Source: Bryobacteraceae bacterium
GTDB taxonomy: Bacteria; Acidobacteriota; Terriglobia; Bryobacterales; Bryobacteraceae
Reading direction: 5' to 3'
Length of the DNA: 64,000 nucleotides
Assembly: GCA_025980435.1 (NCBI GenBank)
Contig: JAICXK010000001.1
Location: 4,686 to 68,685 of the forward strand
In this document: piece by piece, positions 7,392-18,335 of the stretch
How positions within the stretch are numbered: position 1 is the stretch's first letter
Layout: each line of letters begins with the position of its first letter
The notes under the pieces: model-generated
Seen by the model: the letters and a program-made list of their open reading frames with translations, nothing else
What the model was told of the DNA's origin: nothing
The model's database searches: none
Made by a program: the position numbers and the translations under genes

Positions 7392-9227
7392 ATGCGATAC
7401 GTGTGTCTTTTGGTCTTAACGATTACGATTTTGTCCGCGCAGGACGGAAGTGCGATCTACAAAGAGCGTTGCTCGTCCTGCCACGATGCACCGGCCGCCC
7501 GCGTGCCCGCACTAAGCGCCATCAAGGCGATGAGCGGAGAAGCTATTTACCGTGCCCTCACCAGCGGCAGCATGAAGACTCGGGCGGAGGGCTTAACAAC
7601 TCCTCAGATCTTCACGCTGATCGGGTACATCGCCCCAACAGGAGGTACGCAGACGCCGCGTCCAAAATTCGCGCGGACATGCAAAGGCTCCGCGGCCTTT
7701 CGACCTGACGCGGACTCTCCGCGATGGAATGGCTGGAGTACAAGCCTTACTAACTCGCGATTCCAGGATGCCACTGCGGCGGGACTCGCGGCGGCGGACG
7801 TGCCTAAGCTCAAGCTCAAGTGGGCATTTAATCTGGGGGATGTCACGATGGCGCGAGGGGAGCCGACTGTGGTCGGGAACCGCGTGTTTATCGCCACCCT
7901 CACGGGAGCGGTGTATTCACTCGATCGCGATACTGGCTGCACTCAATGGGGATTTGAAGCCGCCGCCGGAATCCGCTCAGGTCTGTCGGTCGAAGACATC
8001 AATGGCGCCCCTGCGGTCTATTTCAGCGACGGCGGCGCGAATGTCTATGCCTTGAACGCGTCATCGGGCGAGTTGATTTGGAAAATCCACCCAGTCGATC
8101 ACTTCGCGACCATGGCCACGGCGACGCCGCAGGTCTACAAAGGCGTGGTCTACCAGCCGTTCTCGTCTTTCGAGGAGGCGCTGGGGCCCGATCCGAATTT
8201 CGAGTGCTGCACTTTCCGGGGAAGCGTTGTGGCGCTCGACGCAGCGACGGGAAGAAAGCTGTGGCAGACATTCACAATTCCGGAGGCGGCGAAGCCAACC
8301 CACAAGAACGCGGCGGGGAAGCAACAACACGGGCCTTCGGGCGCGGGCATATGGTCAACGCCCACCATCGACGAACAACTCGGCGTTCTTTACGTTGCGA
8401 CTGGCGATAACTACTCGGACCCGGTCACTAATACAAGCGACGCTATTCTCGCCCTCGATCTTAAGACCGGCAAGCTGCTATGGTCGAAGCAACTGACGGA
8501 GAACGACGCGTACAACACGGGCTGCTCAACGCCACAACGGACGAACTGCCCGGCAGCTGGCGGCCCGGATTTTGACTTTGGGCAGCCGCCGATATTGGTC
8601 CAATTAGGTTCGGGAAAACGAGCGTTGGTGATTGGTCAGAAGTCGGGTATGGTGCACGCTGTCGATCCGGATCAAAACGGTAAAGTGTTGTGGCAGACCA
8701 GGGCCGGCGCCGGCGGCGCGTTGGGCGGCAGCCAGTGGGGCTCGGCTGCGGACGGCCAGAAGGTCTACGTAGCGATCTCCGATATCGGAATCGGCGGTCG
8801 TCCCGATCCCAAGGCGCCGGGAGGCTTCCGTATTGCACTCGATCCAAAGAAAGGCGGCGGCCTGCATGCCCTCGATCTTGCAACCGGGAAGATCACGTGG
8901 AGTGCGTTGCCTGTGACTTGCGCCGACGGCCGCACGGATTGTTCTCCGGCGCAATCGGGCGCGGTGACCGCGATTCCAGCAGCAGTATTTTCAGGCTCGG
9001 TAGATGGCCATCTGCGCGCCTACGCAGCCGAGACCGGCAAGGTGCTCTGGGATGTGGACACCGCTCGCGAGTTCAAGACGGTAAACGGCAACCCCGCGCA
9101 CGGCGGCTCAATGGATGCGGGCGGGCCGGTGGTCGTAGATGGAATGGTATTTGTGAATTCGGGCTACGGTCAATGGGGCGGGATGCCGGGGAACGTTTTG
9201 CTGGCCTTCTCGGTTCAGGGGCGGTAG
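7392..9227 (+). CDS. PQQ-like beta-propeller dehydrogenase with an N-terminal c-type cytochrome domain (polyvinyl-alcohol-dehydrogenase-like architecture)
   Basis: Signal peptide MRYVCLLVLTITILSAQ, haem motif CSSCH with a distal Met region, then repeated propeller blades (GxVYALxxxTGkxlW pattern occurs several times). Start placed at ATG 7392, preceded by AAGGAA. The tracked ORF start at 7239 overlaps the permease gene. Confidence 0.8.
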   Translation: MRYVCLLVLTITILSAQDGSAIYKERCSSCHDAPAARVPALSAIKAMSGEAIYRALTSGSMKTRAEGLTTPQIFTLIGYIAPTGGTQTPRPKFARTCKGSAAFRPDADSPRWNGWSTSLTNSRFQDATAAGLAAADVPKLKLKWAFNLGDVTMARGEPTVVGNRVFIATLTGAVYSLDRDTGCTQWGFEAAAGIRSGLSVEDINGAPAVYFSDGGANVYALNASSGELIWKIHPVDHFATMATATPQVYKGVVYQPFSSFEEALGPDPNFECCTFRGSVVALDAATGRKLWQTFTIPEAAKPTHKNAAGKQQHGPSGAGIWSTPTIDEQLGVLYVATGDNYSDPVTNTSDAILALDLKTGKLLWSKQLTENDAYNTGCSTPQRTNCPAAGGPDFDFGQPPILVQLGSGKRALVIGQKSGMVHAVDPDQNGKVLWQTRAGAGGALGGSQWGSAADGQKVYVAISDIGIGGRPDPKAPGGFRIALDPKKGGGLHALDLATGKITWSALPVTCADGRTDCSPAQSGAVTAIPAAVFSGSVDGHLRAYAAETGKVLWDVDTAREFKTVNGNPAHGGSMDAGGPVVVDGMVFVNSGYGQWGGMPGNVLLAFSVQGR

Positions 9228-9335
9228 CACGCACGAGAGGGGAAACAGTCGCCCGCAGCGTTGGGGGCTTCCTTGCAAGAGCTTGTAAATCGCGTTCGGA
9301 GGAACGGGCCCGCAATCGGAAAGCCCGGCTACAGT

Positions 9336-9755
9336 TCACTCGCCGATGATTTTCACCAGCACTCGTTTTCGCCGCCGGCCATCAAACTCGCCATAGAAGA
9401 TCTGCTCCCAAGGCCCGAAATCGAGGCGCCCTTCGGTGATAGCGACCACGACCTCTCTTCCCATCACCTGCCTTTTGAGATGCGCATCGGCGTTGTCCTC
9501 GCCGGTGCGGTTGTGCCAGTATTGCGAAACCGGTTCATGCGGCGCGAGCTGCTCCAGCCATTTATCGTAATCGTGGTGGAGGCCGGATTCGTCGTCGTTA
9601 ATAAATACCGACGCGGTGATATGCATCGCATTCACCAGAACGAGCCCCTCCTTGACTCCGCTTTCGCGCAGGCATGCCTCCACTTGTCCGGTGATATTGA
9701 TGAAGGCGCGCCGCGCCGGCACTTCGAACCAGAGTTCCTTCCGGTAGCTCTTCAC
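9336..9755 (-). CDS. YjbQ/UPF0047 family protein (secondary thiamine-phosphate synthase-like)
   Basis: 139 aa. [39 protein letters not shown]...[39 protein letters not shown] is the characteristic YjbQ signature. GTG start overlaps the ClC stop (GTGA). Confidence 0.9.
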   Translation of the reverse strand: MKSYRKELWFEVPARRAFINITGQVEACLRESGVKEGLVLVNAMHITASVFINDDESGLHHDYDKWLEQLAPHEPVSQYWHNRTGEDNADAHLKRQVMGREVVVAITEGRLDFGPWEQIFYGEFDGRRRKRVLVKIIGE

Positions 9756-11644
9756 TGGAGATTTTCGGACGGAACCTTTTCTTCCGTTTCTTCCGGAATA
9801 GCGATGGTCTCCGATTTTGCGGGCTTTTTTCGCTGGCCGATCGGCATCCGAAGGCGCAGCACACGCTCGCGGGCGCGCTCCTCTTCAAGACTCCGGCTAC
9901 GAGCGCTAAGCAAGTCATCGAGCGAAACCATGCCGAGCAACCGGCCCTCGTCGGAATCGATCACGGGCATACGCCGGAAGCCGGTCTCGACCATCCGGTA
10001 GACGACCAGGCGCAGAGGTTCGTCGGCATATGCGGTGGTTGGCTCTTTCACCATGATTTCGCGCAGGGGAGTAGCGGAGGCGAGGGGCTGGGCTTCTTCG
10101 AACAGCTTCAACAAATGATTCCGACTAACTACGCCAAGCACCTGCCTTTCGCCGTCGATAACCGGAAACAGATGCTGGCCGTGGGTCTTTTGGCCGGGGC
10201 GAATCAGTTCCCGAACTTCTTCGATCGTCGCCTCCGCGGGCAATGCGACCACGTTTGTGCGCATTACTTCGCGGACGAACAGAATTTCGAGCGGATCCAG
10301 CGCATATTCGCGGCTGAGGTGATATCCGCGCCGCGAGATTTTTTCGGTGAGAATGGAACGCTTCAAAACCAGCACAGTAAACGTATGCGCCAGGAAGCAG
10401 GCCACAAACAGCGGCAGCAACATGTTCAGATCGTGCGTCAGCTCAATCGCAAACACGATGCCGGTGAAAGGCGACCGCATGGTGCCGCCCAGAATGGCAC
10501 CCATGCTGACTAGCGGCCAGAAACCTACCCCGAAATGAGGTAAAAACATTCCGGCGATGCCGCCGAGCGCGGCGCCCATCATGAGCAGCGGCGCCAGTAC
10601 TCCACCCGAGGTGCCCGATCCGAGAGAGATGGACCAGATGGCGGATTTGACGAGTAGCACGCCCAGAAGGAACGTGAACGCGACATTTCCCTTCAGCAGC
10701 ACGCCGATGGTGTCGTAGCCGACGCCGAGGGCTTGCGGAAAAATAAGGCCGCCGATTCCGACAAACACTCCGCCGATAGCAGGCCACCACATCCAGTGGA
10801 TGGGTAGTTTTTGAAATGCATCTTCGGCAGCGTAAACAGCCAAGGTAAGCAGGGCGGACAAACCGCCTGCGGCGATACCGACGAGCAGGCAGCCAAGCAA
10901 GCCTTCGGGACCGATAAAGATCGGGTGTGGCGGAACGGGGAAGAGAGGACCCGTACCGAGCAGGTAGCGGCGCGCCGCGCCCGCAGTGGCGCAGGCGAGG
11001 GCAACGGGGATAGCGCTGCGCGGCTTCCATTCAAACAGCAGCAGTTCGACAGCCAGCAGCACGGCCGAAAGAGGAGCCGCGAAGGTAGCGGCCATGCCGG
11101 CCGCTGCACCGGCCACGAGTAATGTCTTACGTTCGGCGCTGGTGAGGTGAAAAAATTGCGCGAACATCGATCCGAACGCGCCGCCGGTCATGATGATGGG
11201 ACCTTCAGCCCCGAACGGTCCGCCGGAGCCGATGGAAATAGCCGCAGAGATCGGCTTCAAAATCGCGAGGCGCGGATGAACGCGGCTGCCGCTCATCAGG
11301 ATAGATTCGATCGCTTCGGGGATACCATGGCCGCGAATGCGCTCCGACCCGTAACGCGCCATAAGTCCCACAACCAGCGACCCAAGCACCGGTACGGCGA
11401 TCGCGAAAACGCCGAGATGATTGCCCGCAGGCGAGGTGAGAGCGAAATCGACGCGCTGGTAATAAAAGAGATTCGTAAAAAGTCCGATGAGCCGCAACAG
11501 GAGCCACGCGACAAGCGAGGCGATGAAGCCGACGAAGATCGCCATTACGGAAATCGGTATGACTTGAACGGTAGTTGTAAAGTCGCCCAGTTCCTCCGAG
11601 GGATGCTTGTGTTTGCCCCGGTGGGCAGTTGAGGTCTTGCTCAT
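9752..11644 (-). CDS. voltage-gated ClC chloride channel/antiporter with C-terminal CBS pair
   Basis: ClC selectivity motifs are present (GSGIPE-like [15 protein letters not shown], GxFxP region), followed by two CBS-like repeats ([17 protein letters not shown]..., [15 protein letters not shown]...). Start set at ATG 11644, which overlaps the marR stop (ATGA). The tracked start at 11728 lies inside marR. Confidence 0.9.
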   Translation of the reverse strand: MSKTSTAHRGKHKHPSEELGDFTTTVQVIPISVMAIFVGFIASLVAWLLLRLIGLFTNLFYYQRVDFALTSPAGNHLGVFAIAVPVLGSLVVGLMARYGSERIRGHGIPEAIESILMSGSRVHPRLAILKPISAAISIGSGGPFGAEGPIIMTGGAFGSMFAQFFHLTSAERKTLLVAGAAAGMAATFAAPLSAVLLAVELLLFEWKPRSAIPVALACATAGAARRYLLGTGPLFPVPPHPIFIGPEGLLGCLLVGIAAGGLSALLTLAVYAAEDAFQKLPIHWMWWPAIGGVFVGIGGLIFPQALGVGYDTIGVLLKGNVAFTFLLGVLLVKSAIWSISLGSGTSGGVLAPLLMMGAALGGIAGMFLPHFGVGFWPLVSMGAILGGTMRSPFTGIVFAIELTHDLNMLLPLFVACFLAHTFTVLVLKRSILTEKISRRGYHLSREYALDPLEILFVREVMRTNVVALPAEATIEEVRELIRPGQKTHGQHLFPVIDGERQVLGVVSRNHLLKLFEEAQPLASATPLREIMVKEPTTAYADEPLRLVVYRMVETGFRRMPVIDSDEGRLLGMVSLDDLLSARSRSLEEERARERVLRLRMPIGQRKKPAKSETIAIPEETEEKVPSENLQ

Positions 11645-12096
11645 GCGGACCTCAGCAAATTGTGATGGTTGACGATGGTCTCCAGGGCGTTTGAAAGCGC
11701 CGGAGCCAGAGATTGCACCTCTTGCCAATGCAATACCGAAAGCCTTTCCAGAATCTCTTCGCCGTGCGGCGTGAGCTCAATCAGAACTTCACGGCGGTCC
11801 TGATCGCTGTGGTGGCGGACTACCGCGCCGCGCTGCTCCAGACGGTTAATCAATTCGACCGTGCTGTGGTGCTTCAGGCAAAGCCGGTGTGCAAGTGCGG
11901 TTACAGTGGGCCGGGTTCCTTCCGGCAACCCTTTCACGGCGAGAAGCAACTGATGCTGCTGGGGTTCTATGCCGGCCGAACGGACAGCCTGTTCGCTGAA
12001 ATGAACAAAGGAGCGAATTCGATAACGGAATTCGGCTAGTTGCTGATAGGCAGCAGCGGAAATGGTCAGGTGCGAAGCGCCTGGGGAAGTACTCAC
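11641..12096 (-). CDS. MarR family transcriptional regulator
   Basis: 151 aa with a winged-HTH MarR pattern (GIEPQQHQLLLAVKG...PTVTALAHRLCLKHHSTVELINRLEQRGAVVRHHSDQDRREVLIELTPHGEE). Confidence 0.85.
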   Translation of the reverse strand: MSTSPGASHLTISAAAYQQLAEFRYRIRSFVHFSEQAVRSAGIEPQQHQLLLAVKGLPEGTRPTVTALAHRLCLKHHSTVELINRLEQRGAVVRHHSDQDRREVLIELTPHGEEILERLSVLHWQEVQSLAPALSNALETIVNHHNLLRSA

Positions 12097-12102
12097 AATC
12101 TT

Positions 12103-12117
12103 TATCGTATCACGATA
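12103..12117. promoter_or_regulatory. 15-bp palindrome in the marR / imuA divergent intergenic region (candidate operator)
   Basis: TATCGT-ATC-ACGATA, 7-21 bp upstream of the marR start codon. Binding by MarR or any other protein is not established. Confidence 0.3.
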
Positions 12118-12217
12118 TAACTGCCGCGTGCCCAGAATTTCTTCAATCCTCTGGGAAGGGCTGTGACCCCGTTGATTTCCATCCAGCTCTTAGCGCACAA
12201 TATTCTCAGGCGAATAA

Positions 12218-12898
12218 ATGGCGAATACCGTAGCCGCGGTCCGCTCAGATGAGCGTTGGAAACCAGCCTCCGAGCTTCACCTTTTAAACCAAGAATCCCA
12301 ATTTGCTTCGCTTGAATTATTAACACTGAGGGGGCTGTTTCCAAAGGGTTTACGGCGCGGCGCAATTGCTGAAATTGATGGGTACCGCTCTTCCGGACGA
12401 ACTTCAATTTGTCTGCATGTCCTGGCGCAAGCGACCTTGCGCGGCGAAGTATGCGCCGTCATTGATCTGTACGACAGTTTTCATCCTGCTTCGGCCGCGG
12501 CCGCAGGAGTCCGACTCGAGCGCTTGCTTTGGGTGCGTTGCCATGGTGACGCCGAACATGCCATGCGAACTGCGGACCTGCTGCTGCACGCCGGCGGATT
12601 CGGGGTGGTGCTGCTGGACCTGTGCGAGGCCAGCCCCCGGATCTTGAATCGCATTCCATTGTCCTACTGGTATCGCTTCCGCCGTGCAATTGAACAAACG
12701 CCAACGGTTCTGCTTTTATGCGCAGAATCTCCGCAGGCCAAGTCATGTTCCAGCAACCGATTGCAACTTAAACATAATGCATTTCATTGGTCCGGGAAGC
12801 TGCCCTTTCTGAGGCTGTGCGGTTTGCAGGCCGATGCGCTTGTGCGCAAGGCCAAGGTAATTCGGCCAGAATCGCTTTTCATTCGAACGGTGTCATAA
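12218..12898 (+). CDS. imuA: ImuA-like (RecA/SulA-fold) translesion-synthesis accessory protein
   Basis: 226 aa. Degenerate RecA-type P-loop context GLRRGAIAEIDGYRSSGRTSICLHVLAQAT...CAVIDLYDSFHPASAAAAGVRLERLLWVRC. It lies directly upstream of an ImuB-like gene. Confidence 0.7.
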   Translation: MANTVAAVRSDERWKPASELHLLNQESQFASLELLTLRGLFPKGLRRGAIAEIDGYRSSGRTSICLHVLAQATLRGEVCAVIDLYDSFHPASAAAAGVRLERLLWVRCHGDAEHAMRTADLLLHAGGFGVVLLDLCEASPRILNRIPLSYWYRFRRAIEQTPTVLLLCAESPQAKSCSSNRLQLKHNAFHWSGKLPFLRLCGLQADALVRKAKVIRPESLFIRTVS

Positions 12899-12939
12899 GC
12901 GGGTCGTGCGTGCCCGACCCCTACGTAGGGGCTATTTAG

Positions 12940-14226
12940 ATGTTTGCGTGTATCCACATTGCCGCCGGCGCGGCGCCCGGCCATTCGCTATTAGATCTGG
13001 CGCTCGAGTTTTCTCCCGAAGTAGAGCAGACGGACGCGAACACGGTCGTGTTCTCCATTGCTCCCTTAAGAAAACTAATCGGGTCGCCGTACCAGATTGC
13101 ATCCGAAATTTGCCGCTACGGTTATGACCGGAAGCTGCAAGCCAGCCTGGCCATCGCTTCAAATCCGGATGCAGCCATTCTGCTGGCGCGCAATTGCATT
13201 GGAGTGACGCTTGTCACGCCGGGCGAAGAGCGGCTCAAATTGGCTCCCATTTCTCTGACAGGGTTGTTTACGCATGATGTCCCGGTAGATATCGGTCTGC
13301 TGGATGTTTTGTACCGTTGGGGATTGAAAACCTGTGAGGACCTTGCATCCCTGCCCGAATTGGGAGTGGCGGAGCGTTTAGGCCCGGCCGGCGTGTATCT
13401 GCGCAACCTGGCGCGCGGAGCTATTCATCGCCCGCTACATGTGGCCGCGCCGGCAACCAGTTACGAAGAGCGGATGGAACTGGAGCATCCGCTTCAATTG
13501 CTTGAACCTCTTTTATTTTTACTCGGCAGGGTTTTGAGTGAATTGTGCGGACGGCTGCGGTCGCAATCGAGAGCGGCACGCCTGCTCGCTGCGCGGTTCG
13601 AGTTGGAAGAGAAGCAAGAATATAGCTTCCAACTCGAATTTGCTGTTCCGCTTGATGACAGCCGCACCATCTTAAAGCTGCTGCAATTGCATTTGGAGCG
13701 CCACCCTCCGCAAGCGCCGGTAATTGCATTCACACTGCGCACGGAAGCCATTGAGCCACGGCGTGTACAGAGCGGTCTCTTTCTTCCGCCCACGCCTGCC
13801 CCCGATAAGCTGCAGGTGACAATGGCGCGTATCGCGGGCATGGTCGGAAGAGAGAATATCGGCACACCCCGATTGCTGGACACTCATCGGCCGGATGCCT
13901 TTGAGATGACAACTTTGTCCGTCAACGGGAATGCGCAATCGCAAGCTCCGGATTCCGGCGTGCTGCTTCTGGCTATGCGCCTGTTCCGGCCAGCGCTGCA
14001 CGCGCGCGTACATGTCGTGGCATACGCGCCCAAAGATATTACAGCGTCCGGTGTCTGTGGCAGCGTGATCCGCTCGGCGGGTCCATGGAAGACCTCGGGA
14101 GAGTGGTGGGCCTCAACCGCCTGGAGCCGCGAAGAGTGGGATGTGGCGCTGGAGGACGGCGCACTGTACCGCATCTATCAGGAATCGAAGAGCGGTGAAT
14201 GGTATGTGCATGGCATCTATGATTGA
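12940..14226 (+). CDS. imuB: ImuB-like Y-family DNA polymerase homologue (catalytically inactive type)
   Basis: 428 aa. The N-terminus MFACIHIAAG... aligns with the Y-family start but lacks the acidic D-x-D catalytic residues. Fingers/little-finger-like blocks are present (LPELGVAERLGPAGVYLRNLARG). Gene order is imuA-imuB. Confidence 0.75.
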   Translation: MFACIHIAAGAAPGHSLLDLALEFSPEVEQTDANTVVFSIAPLRKLIGSPYQIASEICRYGYDRKLQASLAIASNPDAAILLARNCIGVTLVTPGEERLKLAPISLTGLFTHDVPVDIGLLDVLYRWGLKTCEDLASLPELGVAERLGPAGVYLRNLARGAIHRPLHVAAPATSYEERMELEHPLQLLEPLLFLLGRVLSELCGRLRSQSRAARLLAARFELEEKQEYSFQLEFAVPLDDSRTILKLLQLHLERHPPQAPVIAFTLRTEAIEPRRVQSGLFLPPTPAPDKLQVTMARIAGMVGRENIGTPRLLDTHRPDAFEMTTLSVNGNAQSQAPDSGVLLLAMRLFRPALHARVHVVAYAPKDITASGVCGSVIRSAGPWKTSGEWWASTAWSREEWDVALEDGALYRIYQESKSGEWYVHGIYD

Positions 14227-14255
14227 CTTCTCAATAATCTATTTCGACCATTCGT

Positions 14256-16511
<2,256 letters not shown>

Positions 16512-16710
16512 TCGGAATCTATCCTCTATCAGCTCTGAACGGACGTTCCATTAGCAGAGCTACAGACCTCAGATGTCGGTTAGTCGTTCTTTGTTACGGA
16601 CCCGGCGTGTAAGCGACCCGCGGAGCTGCAGCCAAGGGGAAAGCGCTTTCAGAAACCCTGTTAAAAATACTCAACAATTTCTGTAGCTTGTCTTTCATTT
16701 TTGGGATCAA

Positions 16711-17118
16711 ATGCTTTGGAGATTGTGGAGCGTGGCGACCATCAAAATTCGCGACAGGGCGGACGAATTTCGGATTGAGATTACCGGGCGATTTGCCGGG
16801 GTTGTCATAGACGAGGTCGCGGCCCATTGGAAAAATGAGCTGCGGCCGTCCTCCGCGCGCAGGTTTACCGTCGATATCTCAGGGATGAACGGATATGACC
16901 AGCCGGGTTGCAGGCTGCTGGCCAAAATGTACCGCCATGGCGCCCAATTTGCGGCTGCCACTCCGCTCTCGCTTGTTTTTCTGAATGAGATCTCCACTCC
17001 ACCCCGCCGCCATCCGGCCCTGGTGCGCACCATGACGCCAGCCGATGTGAAGCGCGGCGGAAGCAGCAAAACGGATGCAAAATCGCCCCGCACCCGGCAG
17101 GCGGCGGCCGGCGAGTAG
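16711..17118 (+). CDS. hypothetical protein, possibly STAS-like
   Basis: 135-aa ORF in an otherwise empty gap. The pattern EITGRFAG...VDISGMNGYDQPGCRLL loosely resembles the STAS/anti-sigma-antagonist layout. The C-terminal tail is basic and disordered. The family call is weak. Confidence 0.45.
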   Translation: MLWRLWSVATIKIRDRADEFRIEITGRFAGVVIDEVAAHWKNELRPSSARRFTVDISGMNGYDQPGCRLLAKMYRHGAQFAAATPLSLVFLNEISTPPRRHPALVRTMTPADVKRGGSSKTDAKSPRTRQAAAGE

Positions 17119-17120
17119 TT

Positions 17121-17447
17121 TTATTTCTCCCGGGGCGGCACATAACCGGGCGGGAGCGCGGCGCCTTCGCCAAAGAAGTATTCATCCATCTGTTTGATGA
17201 GGAATTCCTGCGCCTCTGGCGTGCCCAGGTTCAAACGATACTCATTCATCAGCATCTTCATGTGCTCCACCCACATTTTCCAGGCTTCCTGCGAAACACT
17301 TTCATAGATCTTCTGGCCCAGCGGGTGTCCCTCGAACGGGACCTCGCTAAGGCCCGGCATTTCTCTTTGAAATTTTGCGCAGAATACAGTCCTGCCCGAT
17401 GTTTCCGTCCGCTCTCCGGACAGGGGAGAGCCGCCGCTACAACTCAT
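17121..17447 (-). CDS. yggX: Fe(2+)-trafficking / oxidative-damage protection protein YggX
   Basis: RTVFCAKFQREMPGLSEVPFEGHPLGQKIYESVSQEAWKMWVEHMKMLMNEYRLNL...FFGEG is collinear with E. coli YggX. The ORF has about 19 extra N-terminal residues, so the start is uncertain. Confidence 0.85.
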   Translation of the reverse strand: MSCSGGSPLSGERTETSGRTVFCAKFQREMPGLSEVPFEGHPLGQKIYESVSQEAWKMWVEHMKMLMNEYRLNLGTPEAQEFLIKQMDEYFFGEGAALPPGYVPPREK

Positions 17448-17471
17448 TTTTTATCTCCTTGCATTCGATTC

Positions 17472-18299
17472 TCATTGGGGGCTTGCCATTGCTTCCAGAG
17501 ATTGCTGAACAGTCGGGCTCTTGCCGCTTTCTACATCTCTGCGGCGGATTTTGTGGAACACCGAGAGAATGCTATTGGCCCTCGCCAGAGCGGCGATTCG
17601 CTCTACATACGCGTCCAATTTGGGACCGGGAATGGCCCACAACGCTACTTCTTCCGTCAGCGCGTCCAGGTACGCACGCGCTCCGCAGCAACCCAAGCTC
17701 AGCGCGGCGCGTCCGGTGTTCATGGCTTGCGGAACAATCGCGCAGGCGGGCCGGCCCATGGCGGGCGGCAGACCTCCTTCCACCTGTTGCGATGCCTCCG
17801 ATAAAATCAGCATCTGACCGGCTTCCGCAAACAGCAGCACAACATCGGGATTCACAGGAATGGAGTCCAGGGGTCCGTAAATCACATACGGCCGGCGGGA
17901 TTCGACCACCGGAATCGAAGCAATGTCCTGCTCGCGGACATAACTTAATTCCGCGAGTACCTTCAGCGCGTCGCGCCGGTCCGCTTCGTGCGCCTCGGTT
18001 ACGGCCAGATTATGGGTGAAGGTGCCGATCGCGCACAGATCGTGATCGCCGGGCGAGGTGGCGAATACGTCAGTGGCCGCTTCCTGCCAGAAACGACAGC
18101 CGGCGGGAACGCGGCCTGCCCAGGTTCTGACACCCGGCGGTATTCGGTCCGAAAAACTGATTGCAATGGGCGGTAAAGAGAGCCTGATGGAGTCCGCCAA
18201 GCTTTGAGCCATCCGGCTGGTATCGCAGTCCACTGTTCCTATACTAAACACCGGAGCAGTGGTGCATTGCTCCTGTGCCCCGGCCGCGAGGCTAGCCAA
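17472..18299 (-). CDS. DUF169-like protein
   Basis: 275-aa ORF. Length and the Cys/Gly-containing blocks (PAGCRFWQEA..., GRPACAIVPQAMN..., SLGCCGARAY) resemble the DUF169 family. An internal ATG at 18212 is an alternative start that would leave a realistic divergent promoter region. Confidence 0.6.
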   Translation of the reverse strand: MASLAAGAQEQCTTAPVFSIGTVDCDTSRMAQSLADSIRLSLPPIAISFSDRIPPGVRTWAGRVPAGCRFWQEAATDVFATSPGDHDLCAIGTFTHNLAVTEAHEADRRDALKVLAELSYVREQDIASIPVVESRRPYVIYGPLDSIPVNPDVVLLFAEAGQMLILSEASQQVEGGLPPAMGRPACAIVPQAMNTGRAALSLGCCGARAYLDALTEEVALWAIPGPKLDAYVERIAALARANSILSVFHKIRRRDVESGKSPTVQQSLEAMASPQ

Positions 18300-18335
18300 C
18301 TTGCCGTCGTAGCCTGAAATCAGGGCGGCACAATC

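Noticed and set aside
9261-10001. 246-aa + strand ORF
   Set aside because: It is antisense to yjbQ and the CBS part of the ClC gene. Its composition is Arg/Ser-rich with no motif.
11645-11728. N-terminal extension of the ClC ORF
   Set aside because: It lies inside the marR coding sequence. ATG 11644 gives the classic ATGA coupling.
12097-12217. Search for a LexA/SOS box upstream of imuA
   Set aside because: No GTTC-N7-GTTC, CTGT-N8-ACAG or GAAC-N4-GTTC pattern is present. Only the TATCGT-N3-ACGATA palindrome was found, and it cannot be assigned to LexA from sequence alone.
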